A DNA stretch of 64,000 nt from Escherichia coli (lineage in GTDB: Bacteria > Pseudomonadota > Gammaproteobacteria > Enterobacterales > Enterobacteriaceae): assembly GCF_024502345.1 (NCBI RefSeq), contig NZ_JALDNN010000001.1; one strand, written 5' to 3'. The number at the start of each line of letters is the position of its first letter. Positions within the stretch are counted from its first letter, which is position 1. Below the pieces are notes generated by a model, which was given only the letters and a program-made list of their open reading frames with translations, searched no databases and had not been told where the DNA came from. Made by a program: the position numbers and the translations under genes. Positions 20,398 through 33,042 of the stretch are shown here, in pieces.

Positions 20398-21888
20398 TCA
20401 TGAACGGCTGTTTTTGTTCTGCTTATTGACATATAAACGCTCATCGGAAGCTTTATACGCATCATGTAACGTATCGTTTTCTTTCATCGCGTAAATACCG
20501 GAAGAGAAGCCGATCTCTTTCTGCGGCGCGATATGTTGCAGACGTTTTTCGATACGTTCAGGCAGTTGTGCTGCAATTTGCGGCGTCGAATCGACAAGAA
20601 TGATGCAGAATTCATCGCCACCGAGTCGGATGGCATAATCACTTTTACGAATCGATTGTTTAATCGCCTGAGCTAACAACGTAATCGCTAAATCCCCTTC
20701 CTGATGACCGAGGGTGTCATTTATTAGCTTTAACTTGTCCATGTCAATTGCAATAAACATCACCGAAGAACCGGATTGCACCAGTTTCTGCAACCGCTGC
20801 TCCAGTTCAGGGGTTAAAATTTTGCGATTATACAGTCCAGTCATCGCATCACTAATATTTTCTCGCGACACATTTTGGTATAAGCGGAAGTGCATCCGCA
20901 CCATATTCAGCAAAATTAACGCCGTCAAAATCCAGAACAGAACGATTTTCCACGAAGACGTGATAAAGTAAAGAATATCAATGGATAACGAGACACGAAT
21001 GCCGCCCGGTAAGTCATGGACGTAACTGACATACTGGAACAGATTATCTTCGCTCTGGTTGATGATAATGTCGCGCCCCGAATCTGTATCGGTTAGCGTG
21101 ACATTGAGAAAACGCCAGAGGAGAGGGCGGTCATGAGTGTAAAAGATATTCCGCAGATTGTTTTTGTTAATATCCAGCAGCACAATCCCTTTTAGCTGCC
21201 CTGCAACATACACCGGCGTCAGCAAACTCATCACGTTCTGTTTAGTACGCTGATCCTGGTAAATGCTCGACAATACGGTACGCCCGGTAAATACCTTTTC
21301 AATATCTTTGCGATCGATGCCAATACTTCCTGACTGCAGGAAGGACCAGTTATTCATCGCAAAGTATTCAACATTAACCGGCTCATAAAAATAGACATAG
21401 CGGTCATTGAGATCGAGATAATAGTGAAATTTCTCTTCGGCCATCCCAAGACCTGAACCGTAATCATCCTGGTGGCGGTTGCCTTCCACTGCCTGATCAA
21501 AAGCGGGTAATAGTGCTGCAGCTTCCACAATTGTGTCGCAGTCAGTGGATGCGGTTTGTAGTGTGCCGCGTAAGCCCGGGTATTTATGGGCAGTCAGGTT
21601 TAAGCCATGGGTATTATTGGCAGACTCAAAAGCCTCGCAGATGGCGCGCCGCTGTTCTGGCGACACTTCCGACTGCTCAGCAGCGAGAGCGCGCATCACA
21701 TGCGCGGCAATACTCTGATTCTGATACTTATCATAAAGAAAGGAGGAGTCTGCTTTCTGCACGATATAGCGCAGATAGGCACTCATTGCTCTGTCGCTGG
21801 CGACAAGTTCAAAAATAAGGAAGGAAGATGTCAGCACAATGACACTTGCGGCGATAAAATGCCGGAGCATTCTATGGTGCAATTTCAT
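20398..21888 (-). CDS. dgcJ: diguanylate cyclase with periplasmic sensor domain
   Basis: 496 aa from ATG at 21888 (MKLHHRMLRHFIAAS...); GGDEF intact at 20608..20622. Confidence 0.88.
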   Translation of the reverse strand: MKLHHRMLRHFIAASVIVLTSSFLIFELVASDRAMSAYLRYIVQKADSSFLYDKYQNQSIAAHVMRALAAEQSEVSPEQRRAICEAFESANNTHGLNLTAHKYPGLRGTLQTASTDCDTIVEAAALLPAFDQAVEGNRHQDDYGSGLGMAEEKFHYYLDLNDRYVYFYEPVNVEYFAMNNWSFLQSGSIGIDRKDIEKVFTGRTVLSSIYQDQRTKQNVMSLLTPVYVAGQLKGIVLLDINKNNLRNIFYTHDRPLLWRFLNVTLTDTDSGRDIIINQSEDNLFQYVSYVHDLPGGIRVSLSIDILYFITSSWKIVLFWILTALILLNMVRMHFRLYQNVSRENISDAMTGLYNRKILTPELEQRLQKLVQSGSSVMFIAIDMDKLKLINDTLGHQEGDLAITLLAQAIKQSIRKSDYAIRLGGDEFCIILVDSTPQIAAQLPERIEKRLQHIAPQKEIGFSSGIYAMKENDTLHDAYKASDERLYVNKQNKNSRS

Positions 21889-22068
21889 GATAAATGGCAC
21901 TCCTTCGGTTAGTGAAACGAGAAAACCAGATAAAGTTCGATTGCGGCCTGGCACAGGGGCGCTAATTATACTCATCTCTGCGCCGCTGGGGAGGGGAAAT
22001 TTAGGGGTAATAGTAATAAATTGTATGCAAAAGCCACGCAAAAAGCATGGCTCTGAATATTTTTGCAC

Positions 22069-23544
22069 TTAAATATGATGAATAATCACTTTGTTGCCCC
22101 CCTCGCTTTTCGCTTCGCGTAAGGCTTTATCTGCTTCCGTCATGACAAGCGAGATATTACGCGTGTCACCCGTTGAAAAAACCGTGCCAATACTGATGGT
22201 CATTTGTTCAGGAACATCATATCTGTTACTAAAGCCGGTCAGGAGTTCGACATTTTTACGCATACGTTCCGCAATGATTTTTGCCTGGGCACTATTGAGT
22301 TCGGTAAATAGCAAGCCAAACACCTCACCCTCCAGTCGCGCTAAAATATCATCGGGGCGGATGCTTTGCTGGATAATATCGACAATTGAAACCAGCACTT
22401 TATCACCCACACGATGTCCCCATTGGGCATTTATGCGCTTGAACTGATTAATATCAACCAGCATGACACAGAAGTCCTTAACAACAGGTCGCGACAATAA
22501 TGACTCTACGCTGTTGAAAAAGTAGCGCCGATTATAAATATTGGTCAGCACATCATGAACTGCCAGTTTGCTGGAGAGTTGCAGCTCCTGAAAAATGTTA
22601 TAAATCAGAAAAGACACAACAAACAGTTTACTGGAGACTTCAATCCCGCGACTGATATACCAGATGGTATAATTATACTCATCCAGAGTCAGTAGAAGTA
22701 AGTTGCAGCATAGCGATGCCAGACATAATAATGCTATTAACGGCCATAGTTCGCTGGCTAATCGTGTACGCATGATAATAAAGAACAGTAAAAATGCCCA
22801 CAGACAAACCAATATTTTTGTATAGTTGATTCCCCAGGTCGCAGTATGGTTGTCCGGACAGTAATCGACGACATACAAAGAATAGTCAGCGTTATAACTG
22901 CTCAGATTGTGTGCCAGAAGGGGAAAAACTAAAAAAGGAATCAGCGCCAGCAACAGAATGCCAGTTTTTTTCTTATTGTTGTCAAGGATGTTGTCTTTTC
23001 CATAACAAAAGAGCGCCAGCAAGGTTAAACAAATAAAACTGAGTTGGCGGAAAATATAGAAAATAGAAACATCATTCGACTTTGTCTGGATCAGTGTACT
23101 GCCGTTAATTGGTTTATGGATAATTACAATGGTTTCAACTAAATAGATAAGGCCACTTAAAAATGCAAGGCTTAAAATGAGTGTTGGTAAAATTTGTTTG
23201 TTAGTGAAATATTTCATTAACATGAAAAGAAAAATGACGGCGTTAAGGAAAAACAAAGCCACAACAACCATCAGGTAATTCATCTGTGGGATGAGTTTTA
23301 CATTTGTGTTTTCGTTATATAAGGTAGTAATGCAAAATAAAATTAACGTCAGCAATAAACTGAAAATAAAAAAGCTTTGAGCTTTTAATTTTTGTGTACC
23401 CATAGAAACCATAAAAAGGAGAGCAATGTGAGTGCTGGATTTTATTGATGGCAGAGATATATAGTTTTGACCAGGATCAATTTTCGTTAACGATAAAAAA
23501 TATTTAAAGAATAACCCCATGGAAATACGTGTTGACTGAATCAT
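22069..23544 (-). CDS. dgcI: GGDEF-domain membrane protein with degenerate active site
   Basis: 491-aa ORF; motif reads EGEVF (22318..22332) instead of GG(D/E)EF. Confidence 0.88.
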   Translation of the reverse strand: MIQSTRISMGLFFKYFLSLTKIDPGQNYISLPSIKSSTHIALLFMVSMGTQKLKAQSFFIFSLLLTLILFCITTLYNENTNVKLIPQMNYLMVVVALFFLNAVIFLFMLMKYFTNKQILPTLILSLAFLSGLIYLVETIVIIHKPINGSTLIQTKSNDVSIFYIFRQLSFICLTLLALFCYGKDNILDNNKKKTGILLLALIPFLVFPLLAHNLSSYNADYSLYVVDYCPDNHTATWGINYTKILVCLWAFLLFFIIMRTRLASELWPLIALLCLASLCCNLLLLTLDEYNYTIWYISRGIEVSSKLFVVSFLIYNIFQELQLSSKLAVHDVLTNIYNRRYFFNSVESLLSRPVVKDFCVMLVDINQFKRINAQWGHRVGDKVLVSIVDIIQQSIRPDDILARLEGEVFGLLFTELNSAQAKIIAERMRKNVELLTGFSNRYDVPEQMTISIGTVFSTGDTRNISLVMTEADKALREAKSEGGNKVIIHHI

Positions 23545-23690
23545 TTTTCCGAATGATTGTTTTCTGGAACTAAATTGTGTAAAGGTTATGCTGTCATATT
23601 TAAAGCGGTTGTAAGCTAATGTATGTAATAAATGAGATAATTTACAGTGAGCTAAAAATCAGCCAGGCGATAATGACCCGGCTGATAGTT

Positions 23691-24986
<1,296 letters not shown>

Positions 24987-25086
24987 CTACATTTGCCAAC
25001 TGTATGCTACGCCTGTGTTGCCATTTCTCTGGCCCACGGTTCGCTGTCGTTGTAGGCCCGGTAGCATGTGTACCGGGCCAGGGTTG

Positions 25087-27021
25087 TTAAGACGATTTAC
25101 GTACGCGCAAATACCATTCGCACAGTAAACGCACCTGTTTACGGGTGTAGCCTTTTTCCATCATACGGTCGACAAAGTCGTCGTGTTTCTTCTGCTCGTC
25201 GGTTGACGTTTTGGCGTTAAACGAGATAACCGGCAACAGCTCCTCGGTATTGGAGAACATTTTCTTCTCGATAACCGTGCGCAGTTTTTCATAGCTGGTC
25301 CAGTTCGGATTGCGTCCGCTGTTATTGGCTCTGGCGCGCAGTACGAAGTTAACAATCTCGTTGCGGAAATCTTTTGGATTACTGATCCCCGCCGGTTTCT
25401 CGATTTTCTCCAGCTCGGCGTTAAGAGACTCGCGGTCAAACAGCTGCCCGGTATCCGGATCGCGATACTCCTGATCCTGAATCCAGAAATCCGCGTAGGT
25501 AACATAACGGTCGAAAATGTTTTGCCCATATTCGGAATAGGATTCAAGGTAGGCCGTCTGGATCTCTTTGCCGATAAACTCGGCATATTTCGGGATCAGA
25601 TAACCTTTCAGGAACTCCAGATAGCGTTCTGCCTGCTCTTGTGGGAACTGCTCGCGCTCGATCTGCTGTTCCAGGACGTAGAACAGATGGACCGGGTTTG
25701 CTGCCACTTCTACATGATCGAAGTTGAACACGCGGGAGAGGATCTTAAACGCAAAACGCGTCGACAGACCGTTCATCCCTTCATCGACACCGGCGTAGTC
25801 ACGATATTCCTGATACGACTTGGCTTTGGGATCGGTGTCTTTCAGACTTTCGCCATCATAAACCCGCATCTTTGAATAAATGCTGGAGTTTTCTGGCTCT
25901 TTCAGGCGCGAAAGAATGGAAAAACGTGACAGTGTTTCGAGCGTGCCAGGGGCGCATGGGGCGTGAGTCAATTCACTGTGATTAAGCAATTTCTCGTAGA
26001 TTTTGATCTCTTCGGAAATGCGCAAGCAATACGGCACCTTCACGATGTAAACACGATCGAGGAAGGCTTCGTTGTTTTTGTTATTACGGAAAGTGACCCA
26101 TTCGGACTCGTTCGAGTGGGCGAGAATAATCCCGTTGAACGGCAGGGCGGAGATACCTTCCGTCCCGTTGTAGTTACCTTCCTGAGTGGCGGTTAACAAG
26201 GGATGCAGCACTTTAATCGGTGCTTTAAACATCTCAACGAATTCCATGATCCCCTGGTTGGCGCGGCACAGTGCGCCGGAATAGCCATAGGCGTCTGGGT
26301 CATTCTGCGCGTAGTGTTCGAGTTTACGAATATCGACTTTCCCTACCAGCGCGGAGATGTCCTGGTTGTTCTCATCACCGGGCTCTGTTTTGGCGATAGC
26401 AATTTGTTGCAGAATGGACGGCCAGACCTTCACTACCCGGAACTTAGTAATATCGCCACCAAATTCATGCAGACGTTTTGCCGCCCACGGCGACATGATG
26501 GTGCCGAGATAACGGCGAGGAATGCCATACTCTTTTTCCAGAATCTGAGCATCTTCCTGCGGATTGAAAAGACAGAACGGATGATCGTTGACCGGGCTAC
26601 GCTCACCGTTGGCGCTCAATACATAAATCGGTACGAGCTGCATTAATGATTTCAGTCGCTCAGCAAGCGATGATTTACCCCCACCCACAGGCCCCAGCAG
26701 ATACAGGATTTGTTTCTTCTCTTCCAGCCCCTGAGCCGCGTGTTTCAGATAAGAGACAATCTGTTCAATCGCGTCTTCCATGCCGTAAAACTCTTCAAAT
26801 GCCGGATAACGTGCAATGACCCGGTTAGAAAAGAGTCGAGAAAGTCTGGGTTCCTGGGCTGTATCGACCATGACAGGCTCACCGATAGCCATCAATAGCC
26901 GCTCAGCCGCGTTGGCATAAGCACTGCGATCTTGCCGACAAGTGGTAAGAAACTCCTGCAGTGTGAACTCTTCGTCCTTGGCAGCTTCATATCGCTGGCG
27001 ATAGTGATCGAATATATTCAT
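25087..27021 (-). CDS. yeaG: PrkA-family serine protein kinase
   Basis: 644-aa ORF; Walker A GPVGGGKSS. Confidence 0.92.
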   Translation of the reverse strand: MNIFDHYRQRYEAAKDEEFTLQEFLTTCRQDRSAYANAAERLLMAIGEPVMVDTAQEPRLSRLFSNRVIARYPAFEEFYGMEDAIEQIVSYLKHAAQGLEEKKQILYLLGPVGGGKSSLAERLKSLMQLVPIYVLSANGERSPVNDHPFCLFNPQEDAQILEKEYGIPRRYLGTIMSPWAAKRLHEFGGDITKFRVVKVWPSILQQIAIAKTEPGDENNQDISALVGKVDIRKLEHYAQNDPDAYGYSGALCRANQGIMEFVEMFKAPIKVLHPLLTATQEGNYNGTEGISALPFNGIILAHSNESEWVTFRNNKNNEAFLDRVYIVKVPYCLRISEEIKIYEKLLNHSELTHAPCAPGTLETLSRFSILSRLKEPENSSIYSKMRVYDGESLKDTDPKAKSYQEYRDYAGVDEGMNGLSTRFAFKILSRVFNFDHVEVAANPVHLFYVLEQQIEREQFPQEQAERYLEFLKGYLIPKYAEFIGKEIQTAYLESYSEYGQNIFDRYVTYADFWIQDQEYRDPDTGQLFDRESLNAELEKIEKPAGISNPKDFRNEIVNFVLRARANNSGRNPNWTSYEKLRTVIEKKMFSNTEELLPVISFNAKTSTDEQKKHDDFVDRMMEKGYTRKQVRLLCEWYLRVRKSS

Positions 27022-27124
27022 GGTATGCCGTCCTTTCGTTTTTTAGCACAGGTTAAGAGCCGTTCATATGAATAGTAGAGGCTCCCGGAAGAGGTAAACT
27101 GAACGACGTCTCTTGCTAAAACAC

Positions 27125-27140
27125 AGCAACTCTCATGCCA
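27125..27140 (-). promoter_or_regulatory. putative sigma54 (-24/-12) promoter of yeaG-yeaH
   Basis: Reverse strand TGGCATGAGAGTTGCT (GG-N10-GC), about 105 bp upstream of yeaG ATG. Confidence 0.4.
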
Positions 27141-27456
27141 TTTTATCGACGATGAGAACAACGTGCCCGGTGATACACCTTCAAAATTAAGCGTAGATGG
27201 CAAATGGAAAACTTGCCTGCACGGCTTTCTTAATTTCAATGGCATATCAACAACTCATCCATAAATTTTGCATAATTAATGTAAAGACAAGGCTCGCCAG
27301 TAACGCTAAATTCATTTGGCTGTAAGCGCGGTGTCATCCGCGTCAGGAAAATTAAACAGTTACTTTAAAAAATGAAAACGTAAAAAGGTTGGGTTTCGAT
27401 GTATTGACGGGTAAACTTTGTCGCCCGCTAAACATTTGTTTAAGGAATGATTAATT

Positions 27457-28203
27457 GTGACCAAACTCAAACTTCTGGCACTTGGAGTGCTTATCGCAAC
27501 GTCTGCAGGCGTAGCGCACGCTGAAGGTAAATTTTCCCTGGGCGCAGGCGTAGGTGTCGTTGAACACCCATATAAAGATTACGATACCGATGTTTACCCA
27601 GTACCGGTAATCAACTATGAAGGCGATAACTTCTGGTTCCGTGGCTTAGGTGGTGGTTACTACCTGTGGAATGACGCAACGGACAAACTTTCAATTACCG
27701 CTTATTGGTCGCCGCTTTACTTCAAAGCGAAAGACAGTGGCGATCACCAAATGCGTCACCTGGATGACCGTAAGAGCACCATGATGGCTGGTCTGTCTTA
27801 TGCTCACTTTACCCAGTACGGTTACCTGCGTACCACCCTGGCTGGCGATACCCTGGATAACAGCAACGGCATCGTCTGGGATATGGCCTGGTTGTATCGT
27901 TACACCAACGGCGGCCTGACCGTGACCCCGGGTATCGGTGTGCAGTGGAACAGCGAAAACCAGAACGAATACTATTATGGCGTATCGCGCAAAGAGTCCG
28001 CTCGCAGCGGTCTGCGTGGCTATAACCCGAACGACAGCTGGAGCCCTTACCTGGAGCTGAGCGCCAGCTACAACTTCCTCGGCGACTGGAGTGTTTACGG
28101 TACCGCGCGCTATACCCGTCTGTCTGATGAAGTTACTGACAGCCCGATGGTGGATAAATCCTGGACTGGCCTGATTTCTACCGGGATCACCTACAAATTC
28201 TGA
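27457..28203 (+). CDS. mipA: MltA-interacting outer membrane scaffold protein
   Basis: 248-aa ORF with signal peptide, C-terminal aromatic beta-barrel signature (ITYKF). Confidence 0.9.
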   Translation: MTKLKLLALGVLIATSAGVAHAEGKFSLGAGVGVVEHPYKDYDTDVYPVPVINYEGDNFWFRGLGGGYYLWNDATDKLSITAYWSPLYFKAKDSGDHQMRHLDDRKSTMMAGLSYAHFTQYGYLRTTLAGDTLDNSNGIVWDMAWLYRYTNGGLTVTPGIGVQWNSENQNEYYYGVSRKESARSGLRGYNPNDSWSPYLELSASYNFLGDWSVYGTARYTRLSDEVTDSPMVDKSWTGLISTGITYKF

Positions 28204-28235
28204 TAATGCATCTTTCCAGGGCATTTTGTGCATAA

Positions 28236-28262
28236 AAACAGGGCGTCACGCCCTGTTTTGCA
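28236..28262 (+). terminator. rho-independent terminator after mipA
   Basis: acagggcg tca cgccctgt followed by TTTTG. Confidence 0.7.
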
Positions 28263-28292
28263 TTACGGTGGTGCAATACCTGGGAGGAAACA

Positions 28293-29147
28293 ATGCAACA
28301 AAAAATGATTCAATTTAGTGGCGATGTCTCACTGCCAGCCATAGGGCAGGGAACATGGTATATGGGCGAAGATGCCAGTCAGCGCAAAACAGAAGTTGCT
28401 GCACTACGCGCGGGCATTGAGCTCGGTTTAACCCTCATTGATACCGCCGAAATGTATGCCGATGGCGGTGCCGAAAAGGTGGTTGGGGAAGCATTAACCG
28501 GTCTGCGCGATAACGTCTTTCTCGTCTCTAAAGTCTATCCGTGGAATGCTGGCGGGCAAAAAGCGATAAATGCATGCGAAGCCAGTTTACGCCGTCTCAA
28601 TACTGATTATCTCGATCTCTACTTATTACACTGGTCTGGCAGTTTCGCTTTTGAAGAGACTGTGGCAGCGATGGAAAAATTGATCGCCCAGGGAAAAATC
28701 CGCCGCTGGGGCGTTTCTAACCTTGATCATGCTGATATGCAGGAACTCTGGCAGCTGCCGGGGGGAAATCAGTGTGCCACTAATCAGGTGCTTTACCATC
28801 TCGGTTCACGAGGGATTGAGTACGATCTACTCCCCTGGTGCCAGCAACAGCAGATGCCGGTGATGGCTTACAGTCCATTAGCCCAGGCCGGGCGGTTGCG
28901 CAATGGACTGTTAAAAAACGCGGTAGTCAACGAAATTGCACATGCTCACAATATCAGCGCGGCACAAGTATTGTTGGCGTGGGTAATCAGCCATCAGGGT
29001 GTGATGGCGATTCCAAAAGCGGCCACGATTGCCCATGTCCAACAGAATGCGGCTGTGCTTGAGGTCGAACTTTCGTCAGCGGAATTAACCATGCTGGATA
29101 AAGCGTATCCGGCACCAAAAGGAAAAACTGCGCTGGATATGGTGTGA
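28293..29147 (+). CDS. yeaE: aldo-keto reductase
   Basis: 284-aa ORF. Confidence 0.9.
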   Translation: MQQKMIQFSGDVSLPAIGQGTWYMGEDASQRKTEVAALRAGIELGLTLIDTAEMYADGGAEKVVGEALTGLRDNVFLVSKVYPWNAGGQKAINACEASLRRLNTDYLDLYLLHWSGSFAFEETVAAMEKLIAQGKIRRWGVSNLDHADMQELWQLPGGNQCATNQVLYHLGSRGIEYDLLPWCQQQQMPVMAYSPLAQAGRLRNGLLKNAVVNEIAHAHNISAAQVLLAWVISHQGVMAIPKAATIAHVQQNAAVLEVELSSAELTMLDKAYPAPKGKTALDMV

Positions 29148-29157
29148 TGTTGATACG

Positions 29158-29181
29158 TGCCGGATGCATCGCACCCGGCAC
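29158..29181. terminator. stem-loop between convergent yeaE and yeaD
   Basis: gtgccgg atgcatcgca cccggcac. Confidence 0.4.
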
Positions 29182-29197
29182 ACAACATTAACGCAAA

Positions 29198-30082
29198 TTA
29201 ACGTTTCGCAACGCGAATGGATTGCGCCAGATGTGCAGGTTTCTCTTTGGTCACTTTTTGCGTTTCTGAAGCGTAAGCCGTTTCTACACAAACAAATGTT
29301 TTGTAGCCATCATCCGGCATGTCGCCCATGCTAACTGAAAGCGCCGGTCCCGGGTTCCAGCCGACAACGTTCAGATGATGCTGGTGGCCTACGGCGATAA
29401 TACGATTCAGCGCTTCATCATTAATCACGCTGCAATCTTGCGGATTCAGATACACGCGATCGGTACGGTCAGGGAAGGTCTGAATACCGTCGGTCAGTAC
29501 ATCTTCTTTCGCGTCATTTACTTTATCAATGAAGCGATCGCCCAGCCCACTGACGCTTACCTTAGCGATATCACCCACGTTAAAGTAGGTATGCAGGGCA
29601 GAGGTGGTTTCAAATTCGCCATGTGATTCAAGATCGATTTCACAGGTTTTACCCACGCGGAAATGCGCTAACAGCGTAAAGTCGTGCGGCCAGAATTTTT
29701 TCGTCTCTTCGCTTTGCGTCAATTCAAAAGTCAGCGCTACGCCATCAGCATCTTCATGATGTGATTTCAGCGTCCACGGCAGGTTGCGGGCAAAACCGTG
29801 CGCAGGCAGGCCTTGTTGTGCCGCCGGACCAAACCACGGCCAGCAAACCGGTACGCCACCGCGAATAGCGACGCCATTTTTGAACGGTGTGTTGTTGCTC
29901 AACCACAGAACTTCTTCTTCACCCGCAGGTTTCCACGAGAGAAGGTGTGCGCCCTGTAATGCAAAAGAGGCTTTTACCTGGGGATGATCGACCACAATGA
30001 GGTCCAGTTCATCCAGTTTACGACGGGAGAGGACAGGGGAGATTTGTTCGATGACCGGAAGGGCAAAAATTTTCTTAATCAT
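29198..30082 (-). CDS. yeaD: glucose-6-phosphate 1-epimerase
   Basis: 294 aa from ATG at 30082 (MIKKIFALPVIEQ...); AAGGA upstream. Confidence 0.88.
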   Translation of the reverse strand: MIKKIFALPVIEQISPVLSRRKLDELDLIVVDHPQVKASFALQGAHLLSWKPAGEEEVLWLSNNTPFKNGVAIRGGVPVCWPWFGPAAQQGLPAHGFARNLPWTLKSHHEDADGVALTFELTQSEETKKFWPHDFTLLAHFRVGKTCEIDLESHGEFETTSALHTYFNVGDIAKVSVSGLGDRFIDKVNDAKEDVLTDGIQTFPDRTDRVYLNPQDCSVINDEALNRIIAVGHQHHLNVVGWNPGPALSVSMGDMPDDGYKTFVCVETAYASETQKVTKEKPAHLAQSIRVAKR

Positions 30083-30111
30083 GACGCAGTCCTTTAACTT
30101 CATTTTATCAG

Positions 30112-30143
30112 GTAAAAAAAAGAGCGACCGAAGTCGCTCTTTT
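30112..30143 (-). terminator. rho-independent terminator of gapA
   Basis: agagcgac cgaa gtcgctct flanked by A8 / T5. Confidence 0.75.
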
Positions 30144-30165
30144 TAGATCACAGTGTCATCTCAAC

Positions 30166-31173
<1,008 letters not shown>

Positions 31174-31502
31174 CTATTTGTTAGTGAATAAAAGGTTGCC
31201 TGTAAAATTACAAAAACCTTACGCAGCGTCAAGCGGAATCGTGTCAATCATTGCGACAAATCAATCCTGTGCCTAAGCATTACGCGACTGACTCGCCTCA
31301 CTCTTCCTTTGGGCTTGAAACCACATGGGGTCGGCGCCCCGAATTTTAAAGGGCAATTACGATAAAAATGTGATTTTCATCACGATTTAGGTGCAGCCAT
31401 TTCGTCGAGATCAAGTTTAGGACAAAATTTTGCCAGTTGGTGTTAATGTTTTGTTAGAATCAGTCACGTAATGTGAGCACGATTAAAGTGAGATGTGAGC
31501 AA

Positions 31503-31916
31503 ATGGCTAATAAACCTTCGGCAGAAGAACTGAAAAAAAATTTGTCCGAGATGCAGTTTTACGTGACGCAGAATCATGGGACAGAGCCGCCATTTACGGG
31601 TCGTTTACTGCATAACAAGCGTGACGGCGTATATCACTGTTTGATCTGCGATGCCCCGCTGTTTCATTCCCAAACCAAGTATGATTCCGGCTGTGGTTGG
31701 CCCAGTTTCTACGAACCGGTGAGTGAAGAATCCATTCGTTATATCAAAGACTTGTCACATGGAATGCAGCGCATAGAAATTCGTTGCGGTAACTGTGATG
31801 CCCATCTGGGGCATGTCTTCCCTGACGGGCCGCAGCCAACGGGCGAACGTTATTGTGTTAACTCTGCCTCTTTACGCTTTACCGATGGCGAAAACGGCGA
31901 AGAAATCAACGGTTGA
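31503..31916 (+). CDS. msrB: peptide methionine-(R)-sulfoxide reductase
   Basis: 137 aa from [14 protein letters not shown]...; two CxxC pairs and catalytic CGWPSF. Confidence 0.9.
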
Positions 31917-31957
31917 AAAAACGATTCAGCAACTTATTCCACAGGAGCGGAAAAATT

Positions 31958-32230
31958 ATGAATCTTGATGACATTATCAACAGCATGACGCCTGAGGTAT
32001 ACCAGCGTTTGTCGACCGCCGTTGAACTGGGGAAATGGCCCGATGGCGTTGCGTTGACCGAGGAACAAAAAGCGAACTGCCTGCAACTGGTGATGCTGTG
32101 GCAAGCTCGCCATAATACCGAAGCACAGCATATGACAATTGACACAAATGGTCAGATGGTCATGAAGAGCAAACAGCAGTTAAAAGAAGATTTTGGTATC
32201 TCAGCAAAGCCTATTGCTATGTTTAAGTGA
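31958..32230 (+). CDS. yeaC: DUF1315 protein
   Basis: 90 aa from ATG at 31958 (MNLDDIINSMTPEVYQRL...). Confidence 0.8.
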   Translation: MNLDDIINSMTPEVYQRLSTAVELGKWPDGVALTEEQKANCLQLVMLWQARHNTEAQHMTIDTNGQMVMKSKQQLKEDFGISAKPIAMFK

Positions 32231-32390
32231 ATGAGTTATCTAGTATTTAAGCCTGTTATTAAGGGAGGGCAAATATACTTGTTAGGACGTCGTGTTTTAG
32301 CTGCAAGTAGGTTAAATGCAACACTGACAAGTATTATCTGGCCTACAATGTCATTGAGGAAATGTAGGCCAGAGATGAATTCAACTAATA

Positions 32391-33032
32391 TTACCCCTGC
32401 GTCTCTTCCCAGTCTGCCAGCGTATATAGCGTTGCCCCAGCTGCTGACATCTCCATAAACGCGTGCGCACTGTCCTGGGGCTGGATATTCACGCCACGAC
32501 AACCATCGGTAATCACGTTTACCTTATAACCTAACTGTAACGCGTCCAGCACGGTAAACTTCACGCAATAGTCAGTAGCCAGGCCCATAACGATCAATTC
32601 ATCGATTTCATGATCGCGTAACCAGTCATCGAGAGAGGTTTTCTGCCGACGGCCGTTATCAAAAAAGGCACTGTAACTGTCAACTAAAGGATTTTCGCCT
32701 TTATGGAACACCGCTGCGATCGCTTTTTGGTTCAGTAACGGATGTAATTGTGCGCCTTCACTGTTCTGCACACAGTGATCTGGCCAGAAGGTTTGTGGCA
32801 AACCGTCGAGTTGGCCTGGCGTATAAGGCTCTACACCGTGCTGACTGGCAAAACTGCCGTGATTCGCCGGGTGCCAGTCCTGACTGGCGATAACCGCTTC
32901 ACCGCGCGACTGGCACCAGTCAATCAGGCGGTTAGCGACATCTACCGTACTGTCACCTTCCGGCACGGCGAGCGCGCCACCAGCACAGAAATCATTTTGT
33001 AAATCGACCAGTAACAGGGCGCGAGGGGGCAT
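32391..33032 (-). CDS. pncA: nicotinamidase/pyrazinamidase
   Basis: 213 aa from MPPRALLLVDLQNDFCAGG... Confidence 0.9.
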   Translation of the reverse strand: MPPRALLLVDLQNDFCAGGALAVPEGDSTVDVANRLIDWCQSRGEAVIASQDWHPANHGSFASQHGVEPYTPGQLDGLPQTFWPDHCVQNSEGAQLHPLLNQKAIAAVFHKGENPLVDSYSAFFDNGRRQKTSLDDWLRDHEIDELIVMGLATDYCVKFTVLDALQLGYKVNVITDGCRGVNIQPQDSAHAFMEMSAAGATLYTLADWEETQG

Positions 33033-33042
33033 TGCAGTCTCC

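Noticed and set aside
27691-28233. 180-aa reverse-strand ORF inside mipA
   Set aside because: Antisense artefact; mipA on + strand has signal peptide and barrel signature.
32231-32458. 75-aa + strand ORF between yeaC and pncA
   Set aside because: Overlaps the pncA 3-prime end and a palindrome (ggcctaca...tgtaggcc at about 32340..32371) more likely to be a terminator or REP-like element; no RBS.
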